A stretch of 64,000 bases of DNA. Origin: an uncultured Phycisphaerales bacterium. GTDB lineage: Bacteria; Planctomycetota; Phycisphaerae; Tepidisphaerales; Tepidisphaeraceae. The position numbers were made by a program, and so were the translations under genes. This document shows positions 18,996-29,452 of the stretch, piece after piece (the first letter of the stretch is position 1; the number at the start of each line of letters is the position of its first letter). The notes under the pieces are model-generated. The model was not told where the DNA came from. It saw nothing but the letters and a program-made list of their open reading frames with translations, and did no database searches. The stretch covers positions 800,001 to 864,000 of the forward strand of contig CAVWLP010000003.1 in the NCBI GenBank assembly GCA_963755915.1, written 5' to 3'.

Positions 18996-19071
18996 CCGCC
19001 GGACTTCGGCGAGCTCTCTTCGAGCCTGAGCCTCAGAGCCGAAGGCAGTCGTGCCGTGTCCTCACCGGCGG
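18996..19071. repeat. Triple-nested palindromic repeats between convergent genes
   Basis: Host hairpin CCGCCGGTG-TCCT-CACCGGCGG is interrupted by a 24-bp element, itself interrupted by a 30-bp hairpin. Confidence 0.65.
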
Positions 19072-19077
19072 ATTCCT

Positions 19078-19563
19078 CTACCGATTAATTTCAATCAGCA
19101 GCACCCATGCATTGGCCATCGCCAACAGAAAAGTGAGCAGAATTCCCACCGGCTGCAGATAAAGCCCCACGCCCCCGCGCCACATCATCACCAAACCGCT
19201 CACCGCGAGGATGCCCACCGACGCCTGGTTGCACATCGAAGCCCGCATATTGACCCGTCTGTACTGTGGCGAAATATGACGCAGATACGAGCGCTCCAGG
19301 GCGAACATCCCGATCATCGCCAGCGCAGCCACGAGAAAAATCTCCGCACCCAGCAGCCAAAGCGGCTGCCCCGGGACCAGCCCCAGCGATGCGATCACCA
19401 GCACCAGTAACAACATCATCAGCGCTTCGAGCCCTCGGTCGGCCATCCGCCCCAGTTGCAGAATCCGCGACTGGTTCACCGAAATAGACACAAACAGCAA
19501 TCCCGCCAGCGCCGCCGCCGCCCCCAGCTCCCCAATAAAAAAATTACTCCAATCGCTCAGCAC
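19078..19563 (-). CDS. Integral membrane protein of unknown function
   Basis: WSNFF..GAAAALAGLLFVSISVN and NAWVLLIEINR; about 5 TM segments. GTG start inferred from the overlap with the upstream gene. Confidence 0.75.
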   Translation of the reverse strand: MLSDWSNFFIGELGAAAALAGLLFVSISVNQSRILQLGRMADRGLEALMMLLLVLVIASLGLVPGQPLWLLGAEIFLVAALAMIGMFALERSYLRHISPQYRRVNMRASMCNQASVGILAVSGLVMMWRGGVGLYLQPVGILLTFLLAMANAWVLLIEINR

Positions 19564-19895
19564 GAATCTCCTTCCCCCTCCTCCCATTCCTCATCATCCT
19601 CAATCCACTGAAATCGCCCGTCCTCGTATTCCGGATCGACGGGGAAAATGTCGAATCCGAATCCTTTCCCATCACATCCCTCGATGGGGCAACACCAAAA
19701 CCCGTGCCGCTTCCCACCGGCATCCGTCTCGATTCTCCATTCAATCCGGTAACTCTCATACTCCTCCCCGCAGTGAACGCACGCCACCAGGATCGATGTG
19801 GCCGGAGGCCCAAAGGGGTCATTCGCCGGATCCGTAAAATCGTATTCGTCCACGGATTCTCCCTGTGATCCCAATTGTACCTTCAATGCTCGCAA
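19557..19895 (-). CDS. Small Cys-rich, acidic putative metal-binding protein
   Basis: CVHC...WCCPIEGCDGKGFGFDIFP. Start codon uncertain. Confidence 0.65.
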   Translation of the reverse strand: MRALKVQLGSQGESVDEYDFTDPANDPFGPPATSILVACVHCGEEYESYRIEWRIETDAGGKRHGFWCCPIEGCDGKGFGFDIFPVDPEYEDGRFQWIEDDEEWEEGEGDSC

Positions 19896-20001
19896 AAATT
19901 GAAGGTGACAAAGCTCTAAAAGACACTAGACGCTACATACGCAGCCGATCAGCACAAGTCCAAAAAGGCAGCCATTTCGACCCCGAGAGCAATATCCCGT
20001 C

Positions 20002-20153
20002 AAACTGAACACTTTTTCCCGACTCCCGCGCCACCGTCCCAATAAAATCGCCCCAACGACTTTCTCCACCAACAATTATGTCACTCCAATAAAGCTAGCA
20101 TCCACAAACCAAATTCTCAAAAGTGTTCAGTTTTGTTCAGTTCTGTTCAGTCC
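20002..20153. repeat. 15-bp inverted repeat pair plus three 10-bp tandem units
   Basis: AAACTGAACACTTTT (20002-20016) and AAAAGTGTTCAGTTT (20119-20133); TGTTCAGT at 20124, 20134 and 20144. Confidence 0.75.
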
Positions 20154-20156
20154 CCC

Positions 20157-21809
20157 CTAAGCCTTACTTTTCCTCAGCCGCGCCAACTCCCCGCTCATCG
20201 TCGTAAGCTGCGGGCTCATATCATCCCGCGGCACGCGCACATCGATCACCGACAATTCATTGCTCCCCAATGCCTTGCGAATTGCCCCATCCAGCTCCCC
20301 CTTGGTCCGCGCCACCGACGCGCTCCCCCCGCCGATCAGATCGCATATCCTCCCATAATCCCAACGGGAGATGACGTTGAACCTTCCATCCCGGATTTTC
20401 CGCATCGTGCCATACCCGTCGTTGTTCAGCACCAGCACGATCGGCCGCAGCCCCAGCCGCGCCGCGGTGGAGAGCTCGTTGCCCGTCATCTGAAACGCCC
20501 CATCCCCCACCAGCACAAACGGGCGCAGCTTCGGATTGGCCATGCTCACACCGATCGACGCCGGCACCGCGAACCCCATCGACAGGTAATACGCCGGCGC
20601 GATGAATTCCGCCCGCCGGCTCGTGCGAATCCCGATCGCCCCGAACAGCCCGTCCCCCACATCCGAAACCACGCAGCAGTTCTCATCCAGTTGCAGCGAA
20701 ACGATCCGGATGATCTGCCGCATGTCCAGCGGGTCCGTCAGCTCCGATTTCGCCAGCGGCTTCGGCTCCGCGTGCGGACTGGGATGCACAAACTTCTTCC
20801 GCTTGATCCGCGCCCCGGAAAGCGATCGCAGATAATCCTCGAACCGCACGTCTTCATAGCGATGGAAGCGCACGTCGATCTTCTCCGTCGTGGCCAGAAT
20901 CGTGTGGCTGCGGTCAAGCTTCGCCGTGTAGATCCCCATGCTCATGTCCGTGATAAACGTCCCCAGCATCAGCACGCAGTCGGAGGATTCGACGTATTGC
21001 CGCACGGCCGGGTCGCTGCTCATCGCCCCGCCATAAACCCCCAGATAAAGCGGATGATTCTCCGCCACGGCGCTTTTGCTCAGCAGGTCGCTGGCGATGG
21101 GAATGTTCGCCCTCTTCGCCAGCTTCAGCGCCAGGTCGGTCACGCCAAACCGGTGCAGCTCCACGCCCGCAAGTATGACCGGCTTCCTCGCCTCCGCGAT
21201 CATCTCCAGCGTTTCGTCCAGCGCCGCCCGCAGCGATCGCGGCTCAGATTTCGGCGGCTGCGGTGCGCTGATTTCCGGAATTTCGATCACGCGATCGACC
21301 ATGTCATGGGGAACTTCGATATAAACCGGCCGTTTGTGCCGCAGGCACGCCTGCACGCACCGGACGATCTCCTCCGCGGCTCGGTCCTCATCCAGCAGCA
21401 CCGTACTCGCGACGGTCACCTCGTCATACACCCGGCGCTGGGTGTCGAACGTCTTCACCTTATGGTGCAGCAGCGGATCCTTCTCCCGATCCTTTCTTCC
21501 CGGCGCCCCGCTGATGACGACGACCGGCGATTTCTCCGCATAAGCCCCGGCGATGGCGTTCAAGACGTTGAGTCCGCCGACACAGTAGGTCACGCACACC
21601 AGTCCGATCCCGTTGATCCGGCTGTAAGCGTCCGCCGCAAACCCGGCCCCCGGCTCGTGGCACATGGTGATCGACTCAATAGGCGATTTATCCAGCCAGG
21701 CGAAGGTCGGAAGCGCGAAATCGCCCGGCACCCCAAAGGAGTGGCGAACGCCGCATTTGTGCAGATAATCGAATAGAAACTTGCCAAGGGGAGCGTTGCG
21801 AGTCGGCAT
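20157..21809 (-). CDS. ThDP-dependent alpha-keto acid decarboxylase (indolepyruvate/phenylpyruvate decarboxylase-like)
   Basis: FGVPGDF, FAADAYSR, LLHH, ThDP motif GDGAFQMTG...LNNDGY. Confidence 0.9.
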   Translation of the reverse strand: MPTRNAPLGKFLFDYLHKCGVRHSFGVPGDFALPTFAWLDKSPIESITMCHEPGAGFAADAYSRINGIGLVCVTYCVGGLNVLNAIAGAYAEKSPVVVISGAPGRKDREKDPLLHHKVKTFDTQRRVYDEVTVASTVLLDEDRAAEEIVRCVQACLRHKRPVYIEVPHDMVDRVIEIPEISAPQPPKSEPRSLRAALDETLEMIAEARKPVILAGVELHRFGVTDLALKLAKRANIPIASDLLSKSAVAENHPLYLGVYGGAMSSDPAVRQYVESSDCVLMLGTFITDMSMGIYTAKLDRSHTILATTEKIDVRFHRYEDVRFEDYLRSLSGARIKRKKFVHPSPHAEPKPLAKSELTDPLDMRQIIRIVSLQLDENCCVVSDVGDGLFGAIGIRTSRRAEFIAPAYYLSMGFAVPASIGVSMANPKLRPFVLVGDGAFQMTGNELSTAARLGLRPIVLVLNNDGYGTMRKIRDGRFNVISRWDYGRICDLIGGGSASVARTKGELDGAIRKALGSNELSVIDVRVPRDDMSPQLTTMSGELARLRKSKA

Positions 21810-22015
21810 TATTGGAACTCCTTGCCCACAGTATCGTAGAAATAGAACGTACCGGACAAGTGCCCCCAACGCCCGCCATGCCCGAAAACACGCATAGAAC
21901 GCAAATTTCTTGACCTGAAGGCAAGCGGGTCGTTAAATTACGGGCCAGTCCATGCGACGGCGGAAAACCCTGCCTTTCCCCTGACCGTTAGACTGTTTTC
22001 TGTGGAGGTTTTTGT

Positions 22016-23459
22016 ATGCCTGCCGTTGGCTCCCAAGGCTCGCGCGGCGGTCTTCTGACCGCAGTCGTCGTCTTCACAATTCTGTTCGTCACCGCGACAG
22101 TCGTCGCGATCTATTTCGGCGTCGACGACAGCAAGAAGACCGACGAACTCCAGACACAGGCCGAACGCACCAAGACCATCTACGGGCCGCAGGATCTGAG
22201 CAATCTCCGCTACCAGGAGATCGCCTCGCACCTGACACCGGGCCAGACGATTCTGTCGGTTGCGCTACAGGACTGCGCAGCTCCTGGCGCAATCGATCAA
22301 CGGACGATCGGCCGTGAATGCCAAGACTCCCGGCGCCGCCGCCGATCAGGCGCGCTTAGCACTGGCAGACGCGGCGCAGAAGCTGCCGAACCTCAATCTC
22401 ACCCCGACGATGAACCTGGTTTCGGTGATCAACAAGCTGGTGGCTTACGCCTCCGACCAGCAATACCAGATCACCCTCCTTCAGCGTGCCCAGGACGTGG
22501 CGGCGGGAGACGCGGCCAAGCAGATCGCCCTGATGCAAACGGAAGTGCAAAAGGCCCAGGACGATGAAGCCGCCGATGACAAGGTAAAGAACGACGCGCT
22601 GGACCGGGCCCAAAAAGCGGAAAACGATTCGCAGACGCGCATCCGGCAAATGTCGCAGTCGATGGACGGCGAACGCCGCCAGATGAACGAAAAACTGCTC
22701 GAAGAACAGCAGACGACCGCGGCAAAGGTCAAGGAACTCGATACCGCGACCAAGCTGGCGCAGGCGCTGACCGACAAGCTCGGCAACCACCGCGTTTCCC
22801 CCATCGACCCCATCCTGCGGCAGCCGGATGGGCAGATCATGTCCGTGGCTTCCGAAGACACGGTTTACATCAATCTGGGCCTCGGCGACCACCTGGTTCC
22901 GGGGATGACCTTTGAGGTCTACAGCCGGCGCGATGGAATCCCCAAGCAGACGGACCTGATGAGCGCTGACGATATGCCGTCGGGGCTGGCCTCTATTGAG
23001 GTGGAAGAGGTCCTGGCGTCGGTGAGCCGGTGCCGGGTGATCCACATGGAAGTCGGCCAGCACATCACTGAAGGCGATCTGATCGCCAACCTGGTTTACG
23101 ACCGGAACACCAAATACAACCTCGTGGTTTACGGCGATTTCGACCTTGGTCAGACCGGCAAGCCAAAGGATTCAGACGGCGACAAGATCAAAGCTCTGGT
23201 CACCGAATGGGGCGGTCGCGTTCAGAAGAACATCGACGTTGATACCGACTTTGTGGTAATGGGCGCGGAGCCGACGATCGACCAGTTCACCCCCGAAGAC
23301 CTGGAAGACCCGCTTAACCGCCAGAAGCAGGAAGATGAAAAGGCGGCGTATGATGCATACCAGGCCCAGCTTGATAAAGCCGAGAAGCTTGGAATTCCCA
23401 TCATGAACCAGAACCGATTCCTTTATTTCTGCGGATACTACGATAACGCGCAGCGATAA
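22016..23459 (+). CDS. Membrane-anchored coiled-coil protein with C-terminal BRCT-like domain (frameshift ~22275)
   Basis: N-terminal TM, coiled coil, VYINLG..GMTFEVY beta domain, EWGGRV..DTDFVVMG..KAEKLGIPIM. Confidence 0.7.
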
Positions 23460-23481
23460 GGGTTTACGTTAATATCGGACC

Positions 23482-23513
23482 AAAGCCCACGGAGATTTCC
23501 GTGGGCTTTTTTT
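23482..23513 (+). terminator. Rho-independent terminator
   Basis: AAAGCCCACGGA-GATT-TCCGTGGGCTTTTTTT, ~20 nt after the stop. Confidence 0.9.
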
Positions 23514-23708
23514 GCGCGCTGCGGAAATTGCGTGGTAGGTCCAACATTGCCCGAATGATAGGCAGAAGGGAAGTTCTCACGTATCGTCTGTGAAAAGACG
23601 ATGTTGCGACTGGAGTTGACGCAGGTCTCGGTGCCGATAGTATGCGCCGGGGCGGCCAGAAGGCCGATATTACTGGACCTTAACGGAATTTAAGGGAAGC
23701 ACGGATCG

Positions 23709-24626
23709 ATGAGTTTGACAGCCCCGCCCATGCCTCAGGAACCACCGACCCCGATGACACCGGACCCACTTCCGCCTGAGGCGGAGATTCCGGAATTCGA
23801 GATTCGTCCGCGGAGCGGATGGGTCGCCATCGATTTCAAGGAGCTCATCCACTACCGGGAGCTGCTCTACTTCCTCACCTGGCGGGATGTGAAGGTTCGG
23901 TACAAGCAGACCGTGCTGGGGTTCGCCTGGGCGATCCTTCAGCCGCTGATGATGGTGGTGATCCAGACGGTGATTTTCGGAAAAGTGGCGGGATTCGCCG
24001 ACAAGATTCCGCAGGAGCTTCGTGACCGGCATATCCCGTACTCGCTGTTCAATTATGCAGGCGTGCTGGCCTGGACGCTGTTCGCGACCGGCGTCAGCGG
24101 CGGCGGAACGTCGCTCATGAACCAGCAGAACCTGCTCACCAAAATTTATTTCCCCCGCTTGTTCGTCCCCACCTCGGTGGTGGCGGCGGCGATGGTGGAT
24201 ACCGTGATTTCACTGGGAATGTTTTTCGTGCTGATGGCGTGCTACCGCGTCGTGCCGCCGTCAACCATCATTCTGATCCCCTTCCTGCTGCTGCTGACGG
24301 CGCTGGCATCGGTGGGGTTCGCCTTCACGCTGGCGTCGTTGACGGTGACGTATCGCGACTTCCGGTTTCTCCTGCCGTTTATGGTGCAGGCCTGGCAGTT
24401 TGTCAGCCCGGTGGGCTATCCGCTGGACCCCAGGCGCCAGTGGATCCGCTGGTTGCTGCGGCTGAATCCCATGTACGGGATCATCAACGCCTATCGCTCG
24501 GCGCTGCTCCGGCAGCACTGGGATTTCCCGGGCCTGTTTATGTCGATCGGTGAAGTGGCGGTGATCCTGGTATTCGGGGTCTACTACTTCAAGAAGACCG
24601 AGCGGCGTTTTGCGGATATCGCATAG
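23709..24626 (+). CDS. wzm: Polysaccharide ABC exporter permease
   Basis: RDVKVRYKQTVLGFAWAILQPL, NLLTKIYFPR, LNPM, ERRFADI. Confidence 0.92.
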   Translation: MSLTAPPMPQEPPTPMTPDPLPPEAEIPEFEIRPRSGWVAIDFKELIHYRELLYFLTWRDVKVRYKQTVLGFAWAILQPLMMVVIQTVIFGKVAGFADKIPQELRDRHIPYSLFNYAGVLAWTLFATGVSGGGTSLMNQQNLLTKIYFPRLFVPTSVVAAAMVDTVISLGMFFVLMACYRVVPPSTIILIPFLLLLTALASVGFAFTLASLTVTYRDFRFLLPFMVQAWQFVSPVGYPLDPRRQWIRWLLRLNPMYGIINAYRSALLRQHWDFPGLFMSIGEVAVILVFGVYYFKKTERRFADIA

Positions 24627-24634
24627 GGTGGGAC

Positions 24635-25879
24635 ATGAGCAGCGCTGCAATCTCCATCAATGGCATCAGCAAGAGTTACCAGATCGGCCTGAAGGCCGAG
24701 AAGTATCTCACCCTGCGCGACACGATCATGTCGGTGATTAAAAGCCCGTTCGAGCGTCTCGCCGGCCTGCGCGGCGATGGCCCGGAGGAGGGAAAGTTCT
24801 GGGCGCTGAAGGACGTCAGCTTTGACGTGAAGCGCGGGGAAGTGATCGGGATCATCGGCCGCAACGGGGCGGGGAAATCGACGCTTCTGAAAATCCTCAG
24901 CCGGATTACCGAGCCGACCGACGGCAGCGCGAAGCTGAAAGGCCGCGTGGCATCGCTTCTGGAAGTGGGGACGGGATTTCATCCGGAACTGACGGGGCGG
25001 GAAAATATTTATCTCAACGGCGCGATCCTGGGGATGCGCAAGGCGGAGATCGACCGAAAATTCGATGAGATCGTGGCATTCGCGGAGACGGAAAAATTCC
25101 TCGACACGCCGGTAAAGCGGTATTCGAGCGGGATGTACGTCCGCCTGGCGTTCGCGGTGGCGGCGCACCTGGAGCCGGAGATTCTGATTGTGGATGAAGT
25201 GCTGGCGGTGGGAGACCAGGAATTTCAGAAGAAATGCCTGGGCCGGATTCAGCAGGTGGCGCAGGGCGACGGACGGACGGTGCTGTTTGTCAGCCACAAC
25301 ATGGGGGCGGTGCGAAACTTGTGCGATCGCGCGGTTTATCTGCGCAACGGGCTGGTGGAAACGATCGGGGATGCGGATCCTGTTGTGGAGGAATATCTCA
25401 ACAGCACGATCAGCACCGAGGAATCGGATCTGCTCAAGCGCCCGCGGTTTCCGGGATTTCTTCACACGCTGGCGAGGTTTGTGATGATCCCCCCGCCGGG
25501 GAAGGCGCGGGTGGTTTCCGGCGGCGAGGCGACGTTTGAATTCGAGCTGGATGTGAAGGAGAAGGTGCAGAACGCCTGCCTGGGATTCATGTTTAATTCA
25601 GACAAGGGGTACCGGGTTCTGGGGTACAACAGCCGGCTGGAACTGCGCGGCGTGACGCTGGAGCCTGGCCGGCAGGTGGTGCGGTGCAAAGTGGATTCGC
25701 TGCCGCTGAAACCGGGACGATATGTCATGGACATCGAGATTCGCAGCAACGCGCGGCCCTATGATTACGTCGAGCACGCGACCGTCGTCGATGTCGAGTT
25801 CGAAGATTTTTACGGCACCGGCGAAATGCTCTGGAGCTATGAAGGCAGCGTCCTGCACCGGTCGCAATGGGAGTTTTAA
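24635..25879 (+). CDS. wzt: Polysaccharide ABC exporter ATPase with Wzt_C-like domain
   Basis: GRNGAGKS, GFHPELTGREN, YSSGMYVRLAF, DEVLAVGD, C-terminal Ig-like extension. Confidence 0.93.
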   Translation: MSSAAISINGISKSYQIGLKAEKYLTLRDTIMSVIKSPFERLAGLRGDGPEEGKFWALKDVSFDVKRGEVIGIIGRNGAGKSTLLKILSRITEPTDGSAKLKGRVASLLEVGTGFHPELTGRENIYLNGAILGMRKAEIDRKFDEIVAFAETEKFLDTPVKRYSSGMYVRLAFAVAAHLEPEILIVDEVLAVGDQEFQKKCLGRIQQVAQGDGRTVLFVSHNMGAVRNLCDRAVYLRNGLVETIGDADPVVEEYLNSTISTEESDLLKRPRFPGFLHTLARFVMIPPPGKARVVSGGEATFEFELDVKEKVQNACLGFMFNSDKGYRVLGYNSRLELRGVTLEPGRQVVRCKVDSLPLKPGRYVMDIEIRSNARPYDYVEHATVVDVEFEDFYGTGEMLWSYEGSVLHRSQWEF

Positions 25880-25892
25880 AAACGGAGTTCCC

Positions 25893-26843
25893 ATGACAGT
25901 CGTACAGGAACAACCGAAAACCGCAAAACCTTTGCTGACGAAGGAAGAGGTGCTGAAGCAGATTTCGATGACGGCGGCGAATATCGGGAATTCGGCCGCG
26001 TTTGAGCCAGTGTTTGACGACTGGATCAAATTCCTGGGCGGAAGGCCGGGGGAAATCGCCATCATCGACGGCGGCAGCCAAGGACCGATGCACGATATTT
26101 ACTGGCGGATGTTCAAAGAGGGGAAGATCGACAAGCTCCAGGTGATCCGGCCGGAACATATCGAAAACGACCGCGAGAAATGCTACTACCAGGAGCACAT
26201 GGCCGGGGCGTTTGTGGCCAATCCGTACATCCTGTTTTTCAAATCGGACACGCTCCCCTACCGCGAAGGGCACGACGACTGGCTCGTGGAGGCGATGGGA
26301 TATCTGGATCGCGAAGACACGTTTGCCGTCGGCGGGAGCTTCAATATTCCCAGCAAGCATCACGAGGCCTGGCCGGGGTGGTACTTCAGCAATAAGTGCA
26401 GCTTGAATTTCGCGCTGATGAAACGGATCACCTACATAAAGACAATGGAGGAATTCGCGGGGGAATATATTTCCAGCGGCTTCCGCGGCCGCAGCCCGAT
26501 GGGGCCTAATGGCGGGCGGTATGTGATGGAGACGGCGTTTGAGCGCTACATGGCGAATCACAAGCTCTTCACGCTCGCGAAGGTAGAGGACCCGACCTGG
26601 ACGGTGTTCCACACCAACGTGCAGGGGAAAAAGCTGGTGGAAGTGCGCGAAAATTATCTGGCGCGCGTCGATGTAGACCGGTACATGAACGCGGCGATCA
26701 ACAACCGCGTTTTGGGCGGGTGTTTTTATGGCCAGCCGCGGCAGCGCTGGGTGAACTTCAAGTGGAAGTTGAGCGAAGCAGTGGTTCAGCCGGTGAAGAA
26801 TTGGGTCAGCGCACTGGCGGGTAAAAAAGCGGCGGCGAACTGA
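25893..26843 (+). CDS. Putative GT-A-fold glycosyltransferase-like protein
   Basis: IAIIDGGS and YILFFKSD resemble GT2 motifs. GGAG RBS; sits in the glycan operon. Confidence 0.55.
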   Translation: MTVVQEQPKTAKPLLTKEEVLKQISMTAANIGNSAAFEPVFDDWIKFLGGRPGEIAIIDGGSQGPMHDIYWRMFKEGKIDKLQVIRPEHIENDREKCYYQEHMAGAFVANPYILFFKSDTLPYREGHDDWLVEAMGYLDREDTFAVGGSFNIPSKHHEAWPGWYFSNKCSLNFALMKRITYIKTMEEFAGEYISSGFRGRSPMGPNGGRYVMETAFERYMANHKLFTLAKVEDPTWTVFHTNVQGKKLVEVRENYLARVDVDRYMNAAINNRVLGGCFYGQPRQRWVNFKWKLSEAVVQPVKNWVSALAGKKAAAN

Positions 26844-26853
26844 ATCTATTGCG

Positions 26854-27959
26854 ATGAAAATCAATTTCATCCTGACCAACGCGAGCATGTCGGGAGGAAC
26901 GCGCGTGATCGTGGCGCAGGCCCGCGAGTTGATGGCGCGGGGGCACGAGGTGCAGGCGTTTTCAACCCCGCCACCGCCGCCGGGGTTTCGCAAGACGGTC
27001 AGGACGCTCATCAAGCATCGGCGATTTCCCAGGACGTACAAGCTTGGCGCCTCGTTCTTCGACGGGAGCGGGGTTCCGCATACGGTGATTCCCAAATTCC
27101 GGCCGATTTCCAACAATGATCTGCCGGATGCGGACGCGGTGGTGGCGACCTGGTGGCAGACGGCGCCGTGGGTTTCGCGGCTCGCGCCATCAAAAGGGGC
27201 CAAGGCGTTTTTCATTCAGCATTACGAAATCTGGAGCGGGTATCCGAAACAAGTCGATGCGGCGTGGCGATTGCCGCTGCATAAGATCGTGATTTCGCGG
27301 TGGCTGAAGGACCTGGCGCGGGACAAATTCGCCGATCCGGATGTGTCGCTGGTGCCAAACAGTGTGGATATGACGCTCTTCAAGGCGCTGCCGCGGCGAA
27401 GCGCGAGAAGCCGACGGTCGGGCTGCTCTACAATTCGACCTGGTTCAAGGGATGCGAGATCGCGCTGAAGGCGCTGGAAATTGCCCGCCAGGCGATTCCC
27501 GATCTGGAGCTGGTTGTGTTCGGTCAGGAGCCAATCCGGCGGTGGATGCCGCTGCCGGCGGGCGTGCAATATTTGATCAATCCACCGCAGGAATCGATCC
27601 GGGATATTTACGGGAAATGCGACGTCTGGCTGTGCGGAAGCCGCTCGGAAGGCTTTCACCTGCCACCGCTGGAGGCGATGGCGTGCCGCTGCCCGGTAGT
27701 TTCGGCGCGGGTGGGCGGGCCGATGGATATTATTGAGGAGGGGAAAAACGGGTTTCTGGTGGATGTGGAGGACCCCGAAGCGCTGGCCGATCGGCTGGTG
27801 AGAGTGCTGAAATTATCGGACCAGCAGTGGCGGGAGATGTCGGATGCCGCATATGCTACGGCCTGCCGATATAGTTGGCAGGACGCGGCTGCGCTGATGG
27901 AATCGGCGCTTCAGAAAGCGGTAGAGCGGTCCCGGATGGCGCACGCCATCGGGGCCTGA
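26854..27959 (+). CDS. Glycosyltransferase family 4 (frameshift ~27395)
   Basis: SGGTRV, VATWWQT, VPNSVD; EGFHLPPLEAMA (EX7E) is in the second frame. Confidence 0.88.
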
Positions 27960-28022
27960 TCGCAATTTTTTGACGCCGCGCGGCCGGAAAAGGTCGTTGA
28001 GAAAGTCGTTGGGAAAGCGCGA

Positions 28023-29434
28023 ATGTTCGGAATCCAAGGCAATATCTTCGCCTCAATCGCGCTGTTTGGGTACATCCCCTTCATCTTTGTCCTCTTTTCG
28101 CTTGTGCCCCCCCGCAAGGCGGTCATCTACAGCTTTCTGATCGCCTGGCTCTTTCTGCCCATGTCGCACCTGGCGCTGCATGGGTTTACCGATTTCAACA
28201 AAATGTCGGCGGCGTGCGTGGGAACGCTTCTGGCGGCGTTTATCTTCGATGTGGACACGCTGCTGAAGTTCCGGCCGAAGATCTGGGATTTCCCAATGTT
28301 CGTCTGGTGCGTGTGCCCGTATCTCTCTTCGTACTTCAACGGGCACACGATGTATGACGGGATGTCGGCGCTGGTCTATCAGACGATGGACTGGGGCGTG
28401 CCTTATTTCATCGGCCGCGTGTATTTCAACGATCTCCAGGGATTGCGCGAGCTGGCCATCGGGATTGTGGTCGGCGGCGTGGTCTATCTTCCCTTCGTCT
28501 GGTTTGAGCTGCGCATGAGCCCGCAGCTTCACCGGATCGTTTACGGGTACATGCAGTATGAATTCGCCCAGGCCACGCGCTACGGCGGGTATCGGCCGAT
28601 GGTCTTCATGCAGCACGGGCTGGCGGTCGCGATGTGGATGACCGTTTCGTCGATGACGGCCTTCTGGCTATGGCGATGCAAGGTAATCACCAAGCTGTTC
28701 GGGATTCCAATGGGTTGGGTTTGCCTGGTGATGATCGTGACCGCGGCGTGGGACCATTCGGTCGGCGCGATCGCGCTGATGGCCGGGGGGCTGGCGGTTC
28801 TTTGGTTGTCGGGCGTCACGCGCTCGAGCATCTGGATCATCGCGCTGACGCTGGTGCCACCAACCTGGATGATTCTTCGCGGTACCGACACCTGGACCGG
28901 GCACGACCTGGACCAGTGGCTCGCGCAATATGATCCTCGGGCGGCGCAGTCGCTGGGGGTGCGATTGAGAAGCGAACACGTCCTGGTCGACCGGGCGATG
29001 GAGCATCCGGTGTATGGCTGGACCGGATGGCACCTTTACGAGGGGCGCGAAGAGGAAATGCTCCGCGGCGTGCCGGACCAGTTGTGGGTGATTTCCTTCG
29101 GAAAATACGGACTGATCGGGCTGATATCGCTGACGACGACGCTCCTGCTGCCGGTGCTTCTGCTGGCGTGGAGAATTCCGGTGAAATACTGGCGTCATCC
29201 CGGCGCGGCGCCAGCGGCGGCGCTGGCCATGCTGCTGACACTGCACATGTGCGACAACCTTTTCAACGCGATGGTGAATCCGATATTCATCCTCTGCTGT
29301 GGTGGCATAACGGGGCTGGCCTTTACGCTGCACAACCAGCAGCCGGCGCCGGTAAGACCGATGGTGATGCAGCCCGCGCCGCGGCGCTGCCGATGCCGGC
29401 CGGGCGGGCGGGCGCGTCGGGCCTGCCGGCGTAG
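28023..29434 (+). CDS. O-antigen ligase/polymerase-like (Wzy_C) membrane protein
   Basis: About 12 TM segments; ELRMSPQLH, RYGGYRPMVFMQHGL, HPVYGW. End inferred via a probable frameshift at ~29380, since the long ORF runs into the next gene. Confidence 0.75.
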
Positions 29435-29452
29435 ACGCCACGGAATTCACCC

